64,000 bases of DNA. Origin: Protoeuglena noctilucae (Eukaryota). Shown piece after piece: positions 11,801-24,000 of the stretch. Within the stretch, counting starts at the first letter, position 1. Each line of letters begins with the position of its first letter. The notes under the pieces were generated by a model. It made no database searches and was not told the origin of the DNA. It worked only from the letters and a program-made list of their open reading frames with translations. Both the position numbers and the translations under genes were made by a program. The DNA is taken from NCBI GenBank assembly GCA_958009085.1, contig OY253688.1, forward strand, positions 1-64,000, given 5' to 3'.

Positions 11801-14444
11801 GGCTGACGTGGCGTGGACGACACAGTGATGGAGCACCCGGCATGGTGCAAGTCATGAGCCGCTCCCTCATCCGAGCCCAGCGCCCCGCACACGCGCACGG
11901 CGTGGTTTGCACCCGCTCCCCCGCACTCAACCCCTCGCTGACCCGCTATGCCTTGCACGTGCCACCCCCACAGGTCCCTCTTCAAGGCCGTCCCCATCGG
12001 TCACAAGGTGTACCTCATCGGCGGAGTGGACGAGACCAACGCCGTGGTCGACACAGTCACCATCTTCGACACCACCACCAACACCTACGCCACGGGACCC
12101 AAGATGACGGCACCGCGCGCGAGGTTCGCTGTGGCCACGGTGAGCACCCACGTTTAAGCACGCCGGCCACCCTCGCCCCCTCCGCTGCACGTCCCCACTG
12201 CGTTCTCCGCCACGGCATGCTCCCCAACAGGCATCGCCATGCCCCATCTCGCCATGCCCCACATCTCCCTTATCGTATGACCCTCACCGCAGGACGGGTC
12301 GTCGTCCATCTACGTCATCGGGGGCATCTCGAGCACCGCGGCCGGCAGCAACTCCCCCCAGGCCACCATCCTGACGCTGAACGTGGCCAAGTCCACGTGG
12401 ACCTCCGCCGCCATCCCCGCCGCCGCCAACCCCACCGCCGACCCCGTGACGCGCTACGACGCCTGCGCCGCCTACGCGTCGGGCAAGGTGTACTGGGTGG
12501 GCGGCGTCAAGAGCGACCTCAGCGACACGCTGGCGTCCGTGCTGGTGTACGACACGACCACCCAGGCGTGGTCCACGGGCACCCCCCTGGCCACCAGCCG
12601 GGGGGCGCTGGGGTGCGCGGCGCTGGACGGGCTGGTGTACGCGGTGGGGGGGGTGAGCGGCGCGTCCATGACGGCCAGCGCCGCGGTGGAGGCCTTCAAC
12701 GGCAGCGCCTGGACGACCCTGGCGTCCCTGCCCCACGCGCGCGTCGGGCCGGGCGTGACGGCCCTGCCCTCCAGCACCAACGCGGGCCTCAGCAGCCGCC
12801 TGGTGGTGGCGGGGGGCGAGACGGCGGAGTGGTACGCCACGTCCCGCGCCCACGACCCCGACCCGAGCGTCTCCGTCTACATTCCCTCCCTCTCCGCCTG
12901 GGTGGACAAGGCCCCGATGGCCAGCCCCGCCTTCCGCCACGCCTCGGCCCAGGTGGGCGCCACCACCTACGCCTTCGGGGGGCAGGGCGAGTGCACGGGC
13001 ACGGCCACGTCGGTGGACGCCGCCTGCGCCAACACGGCACGGTCGGACGTCCTGGCCTTCGCGGACAGCGCCCACCCAGACCTGTACCTGCACGTGGGCG
13101 CAGCCTACGACAGCGCGGGGGGCACCACGGCGGCCGCCACCCTCACGCAGGCGGTGGAGCTGGTGGTGGGGGCGCACGCCGGCAGCCCCCCGTCCGGGTA
13201 CACGGCGGCCGGAGCGCTCTACGACGGCGCAGGCGCGTGGGGGTCCCTGGGGGCGCAGGCGGCGCTGCAGGCGGAGGGGGCGGCGGTGGCGGGGCTGGGC
13301 GAGGACGCCGTGCTGGTGTGCGGGGGCATCTCGGGGGGCTCCGCCACCGCCACGTGCACCCTCCTGGACGCGCGGGCCCGTACCGTCTCCACCAAGGCCA
13401 GCATGCCGGCGGCGCGGTCGTACCCTTTAACCGCCGCGGTGGGGAGCAAGGTGTACGTGTTCGGGGGCAAGGACAGCAGCGGCAACGCGCAGGGCGGGCT
13501 GTACGTCTACAGCTCCGGCGACAACACGTGGACCGACCGCACCGCTTCCGTGACGGACCTGTCGACGGGGAGCGCCTGGGCGTCGGGGTCGGCGCCGGCG
13601 ATGGCGTCCGGGTGCGCGGTGGAGGCGGGGGGCCTGGTGTACCTGCTGCACGGCACGGGGAGCGGCTCCTCGGCCACGGCCGTGTTCCGCGTCTTTGACC
13701 CCGTGGCCATGACCGTCTCCTCGCACACGCCCCCCTCGGGGGTGCCCAAGGCGAGCATGTTCTGCGCCGAGGCCATGGGCAAGGTGTACGTGTTCGGGGG
13801 CGCGGACGCCACGGTGACGGCCAACGCGGGGCTGCTCAAGGGCGCTGCGGTGTTCGACCCCGCCACGGGTGAGGGGGACAGCTGGGGGTGGGGATGGGGG
13901 AGACGGGTGGGGTGTTGAGGGAGTGTTTGCGGGTGTGGGTGCGTGTGTGTGTATGTTGGGTGGGGGTGGGGGAGACGGGTGGGGTGTTGGGGGAGTGTCT
14001 GTGGGTGTGGATGCTTGGGCATGTATGTTGTTGCATCTGTTCACACGTGCGCATGTGTCGTGGTGGGCATGCAAGTGAGAAGGCCGCTTCTCTGCCACCT
14101 CCGCAGCGACGTGGACGACGCTGACGGACCTCCCCGGATACCGCTCCTCCTCCGCCGCCGTCTCCCTCCCCGGCAATCGCATCCTGGTGGCGGGGGGCCT
14201 GGTGCCAAACGCAGCCGGCACCGCCACGCAGCTAACAGGGACGGCGATGGAGTTCGACGCGCAGACGGCGTCGTGGGTGACGCGCGCCACCATGCCGTGG
14301 CCCAAGCACGGCCCTCAGGGCGCCTACGCGGCGGGGATGGCGGTGGTGGTGGGCGGCGCGTCGGCGACCAACGCGGGGACGTCGCAGGTGCAGGCGCTGC
14401 CGGACGTGGACTACCCCCCCGTGTTCGTGTTCCACAAGAACTGA
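8819..14444 (+). CDS. Type II membrane protein with Pro/Ser/Thr stalk and many kelch repeats (~12 exons)
   Basis: TM helix YWWRILAIVFIVIFTAFFFATIGLAA; PAPASATP stalk; repeated kelch motifs (VYVAGG, FYVVGG, VLALGG, VYLIGG, VYWVGG, VYVFGG followed by YD...W..MP). Frame anomaly near 9500. Confidence 0.85.
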
Positions 14445-14730
14445 TCGTGATCGTTGCGACAATCTGTGACATGACGTGCGACCCTTGCAGTGACCCGTGG
14501 CTTTGTGCGCACGGGGCACGGCATGCCAATTGCACATGCCGGCCCCTCATTACATTGCATTTGAACGCCTGGCACGCTATCGACACCGCTGCACGCGGAT
14601 GCAACCCTGCCTAGCTGAATACATTGCGTTAGTGTCACATATGACGAACGAGAGATGAGACGGCGCACCCTTGCCTTGTAAAGCGACCTTCTCAGTAACT
14701 AATAACTCCCAGTCTCATCGTCACTCGCCC

Positions 14731-17700
14731 TCACGACATGAGCTTGGCGCAGAACTGCGCGGCACTCCGCTCCCTCAGCCCCAGCAGCGCCGGTCGTGTC
14801 GCCATGGCAAGTGCCGCCATCACTGCCCTGCGCTTCTCTAGGGGATTCTGCGTCAATGCTCGGGACAGCTCGGCGCTGAGAGGGGCGAGGGACTGGTGCT
14901 GCGCCAGCCAGGCGGGTTCAGCCGGGGGGGGTGCCTGGGCAGTCGGGGCAGGGCACGCGTTGGGGGGAGCATCGTTGTTGGCAGCGACGCTTGCAGATGC
15001 CAATCCATTTGCTTCTGTAATCGCTGCCCCTTTCGCTTCTATGCCCGCAACTCCGCTTGCATTCCCACTCGCTCCCCCCCTCGCTTGCACATGGAATGCG
15101 AACCCGTACGTGTCGTGTGCCGCGCGTACCGCCATGGCATCCCCTGCTTTCACTGGTGTCTCGTGGACGAACTGCAATGCCTGGTGCCATGTGGAGCCAT
15201 GAGATGAGAAGGGGGAGGTGCGGAGGACTTGGGTGTCGTCTGAGATGGGGGAGAGGTGGGGGAGTCGGTGATAGAGGGGAGTGGCTGGCAAGGGGGAGAG
15301 TGGGGAGAGCAGAGCAGACGGGCACATCTGAGGCAGGATGGCAGGAGAGGATGGCGACAGTGCGGGGTGCGACATGGTCCCACTCTTGGCCGCGATATGC
15401 AACCCTGGCATGCGCACATTCAAACTGCCGCCTCTCACCCAGGTGCAGGTCGAACCAGAACGCGACTGCGTTGCAGGTGCCATCTGCGTTGATTCGGAGT
15501 CGCAGCGAGGCCGACCACGGCTGCAGGTCTACGTGGTAAAAGTCAAAGGACGTGACGGGCACGGGGGGGCCCAACGCGCGCCAGCCGCGCATGTGGGCCA
15601 GGTCGATCTCCTCGTAGTCTGTGAGAGAAGGAGAGATGGGGGAACTGTATAGTATATATACCGTATATACGCCCCTATAGATTGGAGAGGGCGAGTGTCG
15701 ATCACCATGCCATCTGTACCCACACCCTCCCTCCTCACCTGTCCCCCACCTGTGTGAATGCAGACCCCATCTGCACTCCACTCCATCCACCATCACCTGG
15801 CCTCCACCATTATCAACTAACACCCCATCTGCCACTCCTCACCTGGCCTCCACCAGTGTCAAATAAACACCCCATCTGCACCCACTCCACTCCATCTACC
15901 ATCACCTGGCCTCCACCAGTGTGTGTTGAGCTCCGCCGCGTCCATCCCCGCCACCTCCCCCACCCGCATCTCGACCGGCATGCAGAACACCTGCGCCCCG
16001 CAGGGCACCATGGCCGCGCCCGGCTGCAGCAGCTCCGCGCGTGCGTGTGCCAGGGCGTGCAGGGCACCCTCCCCGATGAGACCGCAGTCGAAGATCTCAA
16101 AGACACACACGTCCGCGCGACGGTCTGGGGGTGAGTGTGTGAGAAAAGGTGAAAAGGTAAGCGATGAGCCAGTCATGCATGCATGGCTATGTGTTGACCA
16201 GGCACAGCACGTGCACCGTCATTGCATGCCACCCAGTCATGCTCACCCATGCACATGCGCCATCGCACCCACCCTCATCGCATACCCCCACACACACCTG
16301 CACATGCACCGTAATCGCATGCCACCACTCACTCACCCATGTCCGGTGCGGTGCCGTCCGGTCTCTCCCTGGCCAGCACCCTCCTCACGTCCCGGTGCAG
16401 CATCGTGACGCGACTGGCGTGCCCGTTGCGGCACACGCACTCCTCCCCCACCTCGCACATCGCCCGGCTGACCTCGCACCCCACCACGCGGTCCGCGCCC
16501 GCACGCGCCGCCATCATCGACAGAATGCCACTGCCGGCACCTGGGGGGGGTGTCAACGAAGCGACACTGTTATCTTGGGTAAGACTACCAAAGACTACTT
16601 AGCACATAGACTCATTTGACACAACACTCATGCACCACCGCCACTGCACCCGCACCGTCCCATCAGTCAGCCAGCCATGACGCCATTGCTGCCCTCCCCA
16701 TGCATCACATCTCATGCCATCCCTGTCTCTCCTCTCCCTCACCGATGTCCAGCACGTGCAGCGGCTGCCCCTCTGGCAGTGACTGTTTTGCCAGAGCCAC
16801 GGCACGTCGTATGGCTCGGTCGTAGGCGGAGTTGCGCCGATCGTCGCTGAGCATCGCGAAGTGCCAACGGGGGACGTAGGCGTGGTGGGGGCGGGGGAGG
16901 TGGGGGGTTGGCATGTCTATGCGCATGCAGAGGTGAGTGGCCGACTGACGCACGCTGCAGGTGAGATGGGGGGGTAAGGGAGGTGAGCAGGGACGTGCAG
17001 GTAGCTCCCTGCTGGGTGGGTGATAGGCATGACATGCGAGGGGTGGAGTGTTGTCTAATGTAGCAGGTCGATTGCTGGCGCAACAGATGAGGATGCTTGG
17101 CACGACCATAGCTATCAGTAACCGTGACACAGCCACATTCCTTATCACAAACCCGCATCGTCCTCACCGTATCGGCACCGCCTCCCCCTCACGCACATCC
17201 GTCAGGTCCGCCCAGCACATGCCGGGTCCCACGTGTGACAGCACAGGCATGGGGGTGTCAGTGGGGGGTTCCTGAATGCCGATAGTAGATGAGTCCCACG
17301 ACCGCACCCACACGCCCTCGTGGATCTGAGGGGGGAGAGACGGGGGCAGGCGGGAGTGGGGCAGGCGACACGTGGCGGAGATAGCGATGAGGGGTAGTGT
17401 ATATATGGTAGACTGAGATGTCATACGAGTCATGCATCATGTGACAAGCACAGCTACGGTGCATGTGTGCATCACTCTCCCTCACCTCTGCCTCCCACCA
17501 CAGCACGATGCCGTTCACCACCCCCGATGCGACCGCCACTGCGTCCACCACTCGGTCCACCTCCCAGGCACCAACCCCGGCGAAGGAAGCGGCAATGACT
17601 GGGCCGGGGGAGACAGCAGGTGCGGCGAGACTGCCACTCCCATCCCCTGCCTTTGCACCATCCACAGATGCACCCTCGCCACCCTCGCTCTCTGCACTCG

Positions 17701-20488
17701 CATGTACCACACTCGCTGCACTCACTGCCCCCACCGCCGCCTCCACCACCGCCCCCCACGCGTCTGCCCTCCCCTGCAGGTCCAAGTCTATGACATCGAA
17801 TGCCGCAGACATGGCCGTGGCCTTGACTGCATCTGTGTCAAATGCCTCAATGCCTGGGTACCACCGGAATGCGGCATCCATGGGGGAGAGGTCGAAGCCA
17901 GACACGGTGCCTGGGGATGGGTGAGGAGAGACGGGGATGTGAGACGTGAGCGGTGTCACCATCTCAGAGCGGGGTGGGTTGCGGTGCGAGGTTGCACTCT
18001 GAGCAAGTGTGCGTGCGTGTGGGCGTGCGCGTGTGCGTGCGTGTATGAATAAGTATGTAATTTAGTGTCCCTAGCATGTGCACGTTCGCTGTCTCTCACC
18101 CGTGACGCTGCGCACCATGGCCCCCCTCACGCGCACCCTCAGCGGCATGACCCTCGCCCCCGTCTCCACCAGATGCCTCGCCGCGAAGTCCAGATGAGGC
18201 AAGATGCCGCGACCCAACACGGTGTGGTCCAGGCAACCCAGGCAAAGCACCTCGCCCTTCTGCATACGATTGGGGGTGGGGGGGGTGTATGGGAAGTAAG
18301 TGTTGGAACTGGGGGTGGACAACTCGAGCAGCGGAGAGGAGATGCGTCGTGTCGTTTTCTAAGGCTTGACTAGATCGCAATGGATGGGCAGGGCGTGGCA
18401 TCGACACTGCATCACCCACCCCATCATGTCAACCCTCACCTCTCGCAGCACTGCCTCAGTCAAACTCTCCCCTGCCCTGCTGCCCTTCTGGTTCCCAATG
18501 CCACTGCTGCTCGACCCCCAGTCCCCCCTCGCATGCGGCGGCAGATCCGTGACAGCTGGCGGTGTCTGCCCAGCCACAAACGCACCCCACAGCGGGCGAG
18601 GCATCAACTCCACATGCGTGGCCGTGTCGGGGTTGGCACCCAGGAACTGCTTGGACATACTGGTTGAGGAAAGGAGGGGGATGAGGTTAGTGTTTGGTAG
18701 TAAGCAGGTGCAGCACGACCATCATTCAAGCACTGCGAACTCCATGCCAAGCATCTGTGCACCCTCTCGCACATCGCAGGTCACAAGCTTGCTGCGACAC
18801 TTGCGCACCGCACATATGTTTCTAAAAGGTGCGACCCTCATCGTATCGCCCTCACCGGTACAGGCTCCGTGAGTCGAGGAACGCCGCGGCCCTCCTCGCC
18901 CCTCCCTTGGCCGCCAGCATCGCCGTCAGCCCCGCACCCCCCTCCACGCACAGCACATGCGCACCCGGCTGCTCAGTTAATGCCGCATGCATGCCTCTCT
19001 CCCACGCACCCACCCACGCATCGTCACGGAGCTCAGACTGCAGGGGTGGGGCGGCATCCACGCGCGGTGGGCTGGTGATAGCAATGCAAGGGCAGAGTGT
19101 TAAAAACGACTGGCACAGTAATTGCAGCTGCGTCTCGTGTCACATGCGTTGTCTGCCTGTCTGTGCTCCCCTCACCAGCACAGCCCTTCCTTCATCCGCC
19201 CCCTCACCCACCCACTGCTCTCCACTCCCCATCCCTCCCAGTGCATCCCGCATCCCCCGCTCTCCCTCACCAGCGCATCCCTGGGATCTTCCAGCTCCGA
19301 CAGAGCCATGAGGTATCTTCTCAGCATCGGCGCCATGGGCATCGCCATCACACGCGCCACATCAACATCCACGCCGCTCTCTCTGCTGTCGTCCACCCAC
19401 GTCCCCCGCCACTCCCAGTCCTCGTATTCCCAGGGTGGGGCAGACATGGATTGCTTCCACTGCTGCAGCTCCGCCTGGCGGTGGTCGTGGGACCGTGCGC
19501 CACGCAGCCGCATCGACAGGTGCTTGCGGCGCACCCGGCGGGACGCGCACTCGCGGCGACGGTGAAGATCTAAAGACTTTGTGGGAGAGAGAGATGGGGA
19601 AGGGGTATGTTCGATTGGTGAATGGTGTTGCCACTCTCCATGTCAATGTGAGGAATGAGGGCTGGAGCAACTCACCTTGACAGGCCCTCACGTCCAGCCA
19701 GCCCCTCCCTCATTTCGCGTCCCTCACCTTCACTGCCGCATCCAGCCCCTCCCTCATGTCCCGGCTGTCAGGTGTCAGGGCCAGTCCCTGCTCAAATGCC
19801 TCTGCCGCCGCCTGCCACTGGCACAGGCCCAGCAGAGCCACGCCCTTGCTGCGATGGACGGAGAGGGATGGGCAGTGAGGGAGAGGTGCGGGATGCGACT
19901 CACATTCTCAGCAGTGCTTTCCTCCCGAACTCTGCCACCTCTCTCTCTCCCCCATCTCACTCTCACCGATAGTGTCGTTGGAGTACCCCTTTCCCTCTCT
20001 ATGTCTACTTCTCTCTCCCCTCTCTCACCGGTAGTGTCCCTTGCCGTACCCTTCTCCCGCTCTCTCTCTACTTCTCTCATCTCCCCATCTCACCGGTAGT
20101 GTCCCTTGGCATATCCTGGGTCCGCCCTGGTCGCCTCCTCCGCGTCACCCAGCGCCTCGCCCAGGCGACCCGTCTTGATCAAGGCAGCGGCGCGGTTCGA
20201 AAGAAGCACCGCGTCGCCGGGGAACGCCGCCAGCGCCTGGGTGTAGAGCTGCGGGCACGAACACACCACGCTCGCCAAGGTGAGCGGAGCGGTGGCGACG
20301 CTGGCAGCGACGGTCGCGCGGACGCGGCGACGAGCCTTGCAGCCCCGCACCTCCGCTGCTCGTTCGTATTTCTTGGCTTGGAATGCCTCGTTTCCCGCCC
20401 TCTTCGCGGCCTGCGCGGCCTGGGCAAGCGCCTCCTTCGGGATGCCCGCCGCGGTCGCGGAAGGCTCCTCCCGCCCTGCGCCGTTCAT
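14731..20488 (-). CDS. TPR + tandem protein arginine methyltransferase (PRMT7/PRMT9-like; 13 exons)
   Basis: N-terminal TPRs (GNEAFQAKKYERAAELYTQAL, LLSNRAAALIK, YAKGHYRKGVAL). C-terminal module WHFAMLSDDRRNSAY, VLDIGAGSGILSMMAARAG, EIFDCGLIGEG, NAVAFWFDL. A degenerate module lies in between. Confidence 0.85.
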
Positions 20489-21034
20489 CTGCGAACGCTA
20501 CACATGATTATAAGGTTGTAGACGACCACGAACAGCAAAGGAAGGGCCTGAAAACCACGCAGCGGCCTCCCGGTGCTGCCACTCGCCGTGTGCATCTTTT
20601 CGCCGGATACAGTCATGATGCGGACTCTTTTCGATGTCCCCTATGAGCTTGAATGCGCAATAAGTAAGGTAAACTAGTCTACCGACAACCTCGAGGGACG
20701 GTGCGGCGAGAATCGGCGGGCAAGGGCAGCCACCTCGGGACGACGCTACCGCTCGCGAGGCGTGGCGAAGGCCCAGCGACGGAAGCGGAGACAGCGCAAA
20801 GAAGACAATAAATGCACGGGAGGCGATCGCCGTGCTCTCTGTTCACGGAGCGAGCCCGACTGCGCCTTGGAAGACGAGGGGTCTTTCGGGCCCGCCTGAC
20901 TCGGTCGGGCGCCCGTTTCTTGCATTCCCCCGCGATAGCAATCGCTCGTGCATCTTATTGCAATACACGAATACGGTTGTCGCATTCCACCTCGCATCTG
21001 CAACCTGATTGGGCGGCCCTCGGGGGGAGCCGCG

Positions 21035-24000
21035 ATGTGGGCCCTGGGCTCGCGGGAGAACAAGGACCAGGAGCTTAACGACCTCCTTTCTCAGCTGGCC
21101 GCGGTGCAAAAGCAAGAGCCCGCTTCTCAGCTCAACGAGAGGTGCGAGGGCGCGTGTGTTGCTTTACAGGCTCTGGTTGGACGCGATGGTGCCCGGTCCT
21201 CTACCGATGCGTCGTGTGTAACTGTGAGTGTCGTTTGCTGTCTCCGGCGTGCCTGGAACGCTCGTGGCGAGTCACTGCAACTCCACCTAAACGCAGGGTG
21301 GCCGTGGAGATCGTTTTGAAACTCCAATCGCAAGGCGCGTTCGGCTCGGACGGTCTCATCAATACCATAGGTGACCCTTGCGTAACCGCGGAGGCGCTTG
21401 ACACGTGCATGCGCGCAGAGGGCACGGCAAGCGGGATGAACATGGCTTTTACGCCCGCGCATCGCCCCGCTCGCAGATGGCCGGGAGTATCTGACTCGCT
21501 CACACCTCCGCAAGGAGCTTGCGCAGCTGCTGGAGTCCTCCGGGGGCCGCCTGACGCTCTCGGACGCGGCAAACGCGCTGCGCGTCCACGCTTTGCACCT
21601 CCGTGCCGCTGCGGAGGACATCGCCGACGTCCGCGGCGCCGACGCCCTCGCTGCGGCGGTATCGAATGCGCATTCGGACACCCCCGCGCCCTTCTCGGTG
21701 GCACTCGTGGGCGGGGAGCTGCTCTCGCGGGCGTACGTGGAGGGAACGGTCGCATCCACCCTGGCCGCGCAGCTGGGTTGCTCCGGTCGTGTCCCCGTCG
21801 CTGCGCTTGCCCGCGAGCTGTCCCTGCCGTCTGACGTGGTGCGCCCCGTCCTGGCCGCCTGCGCCCCTCGCCTCTCCCCGCCCGCGCGCCTCATCCGCGG
21901 CCACGCCTACACTGATGCTCACCTGCTGCAGCTGCGGGGGGCGGCGAGGGAGCGGCTGCGGGCGGCGAGGGAGCCAGTGACGCTGGCGGACCTGGCGACG
22001 GAGCTGGCCGGGGATGGGGAGCTGGATGGCGAGGTGGTGCGGGAGGCAGTGGCAGAGATGGTGGGGAGCGGGGAAGTGCCGGGGAGCCTGACAGGTGGGT
22101 GATGGACTATTATGAAGAGTTATATATGTGAATTGAATGAACGTGGTTGTTAATCAAGAGCGTTGCAGTGTGCCTGGCAGCCCGGGGCGGTGACGCGAAA
22201 GCGCGTGGCAGTGTGTGGTGACGTGGCTTCGCCCATTCTGCCGCAGCGGGTGGTTCCCGCTTCGAGCCATCGTCTCACCGGGAGACCCTCCTGGCCCAGC
22301 TGGCCTCGTCCCTGCGCGCGACTGGCGTGGTGACGTTCAAAGAGGCCAAGGCACGGGGGGTGGGGAGAGGAGCAGCGGCGTTGGTGGATGCGCTGGGGGA
22401 CGCGGCGGTGGGGGCGGTGGCTCTGCCGACGCTGCTGGTGGGGAGGGAGGCGGTGGAAGCAGCCAGGGTGAGGGGGGTGGGGTGGGATGAGGGAGGGAGG
22501 GAGTGAGTGAATGAGTGAGAGAGTGAGTGAGTGTGGGAGTGAGTGAGTGGTTGACAGAGTGGGTGAGGGAGAGTGCTGTCGGTAGAAGTGTTTCTTTGCA
22601 TGGGTGACCCACTAGTGTGACGGCATCAATCATATATAGTCACTAGCTACAGCCTTCTGTTCATTCACCCCCCCTCATCTCTCATCTCTCCCCATCTCCC
22701 CAGGCCCGCGTGTCTGAGGCGGTGGCTCTCGAGTCATGGGTGGACATGGCCACGGTGCTGCCAGCCGCCTTCACCGCCCCCGACATCCGGGCACTGCTGG
22801 CGCACCTGGGTCAGACGGGCACGGCGCTGTCGCTGGGGGTGGCAGGGGGGCAGGGGAGGTGGGGGGACGCGGAGGGGGCAGCGGTGGTGGCAGACACGTG
22901 TGCGGGTGAGAGAGATGGGTGGATATGGGGTGGTGGCAGACACGTGTGCGCGTGAGAGAGAGGTGTTAGTAGATGTGGGGTGGTGGCAACAGATGGGTGC
23001 TTAATAGTAAGCATGCGTGTCATCCCTCGCACCCACCTCTCCCTCTCTGGTTCTGCACTCTTCACCCACACATGTTGTCCACTCCTACACCCCACTTCCT
23101 CCCCCCGCAGTCAGCCACGTGTTTTTGAATCAAGCATTGGACCGCCTGGAGTCATCCGCACGAGCAGAGGCGGCATCGCAGTTGCGCAAGGGAAGCAACA
23201 ACAACAACAACAGGGGCCATGCACAAGGAAAGGGCGGGGGTGGGCGGCGGGGTGGCACGGATGGTTTCCAATCACAATCGCAGTCACAGCCACAATTGCA
23301 GTCAATGTCCGTGCCTGACGCGGCGTGGGTGTCTTCGCGTCTGTCGTCGATGTTCCGTGACTTGGAGGGGGCGGGGGCGGACGGGGGACTGGTGGAGGGA
23401 GTGGCGGAGATGATGGTGGGGGAGGTGAGGGAGGGAGTGGGGTGTAGGAGTGGACAACATGTGTGGGTGAAGAGTGCAGAACCAGAGAGGGAGAGGTGGG
23501 TGCGAGGGATGAGAGATGCCTGTGTGTACGTATTCGAGTACGGGTGATGCGCCATCAGTTGCGTGAGTCACTGTTGGGTCCACGGAACGAAACAAGTCGG
23601 GAGAACTTGTCTTCATATCACAGCATGTCTCTCTCTCCCCATTCATTTCCAGGTCCGTTCCTGTTTCCTGGATACGATCGCCACTCTGCGTGAGAGGGAG
23701 GCGCAGTCAAGAGACGCGGCCCGGCACGGCATCGCGGAAGTGGCGGCGGCGGCATACCAGGAAGCATGGATGGTGAGTGATGTGGAGGGGGAGCGGGAAG
23801 GGTATGGTATGTAGTACTATGTATGGTAAGTGACCACACTCTGCCTCGCATGCGCAGGAGTGGCATCCCGGTCACTGCCACTCCCCCACTCCCCCATTCA
23901 CCCACTCCCTCACTCCTTCCCCCTTTCAGATGGAGGAGGGCGCGTCCGTCTGTGCCACCTCCCTCCACCTCGACACCCCCACGCTGGCAATGGTGCGGGC

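Noticed and set aside
11215..13698. 827-aa ORF and other long overlapping or antisense ORFs in the track (e.g. 4084-5817, 46077-47603)
   Set aside because: These are shadow frames expected at high GC; the spliced models explain the coding signal.
13895..14005. Direct repeat (~40 nt) in the last kelch intron
   Set aside because: It is purely intronic, so it was not counted as a junction duplication. It shows that ordinary intronic duplications also occur.
19962..20117. Repeat-spacer appearance suggesting a CRISPR-like array
   Set aside because: The repeats are copies of the host exon end, the spacers are related low-complexity sequence, and there are no cas genes.
23020..23512. Inverted repeat as the TIRs of a MITE or DNA transposon
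   Set aside because: The enclosed sequence is an in-frame UFL1 exon with its splice sites, and I see no target-site duplication.
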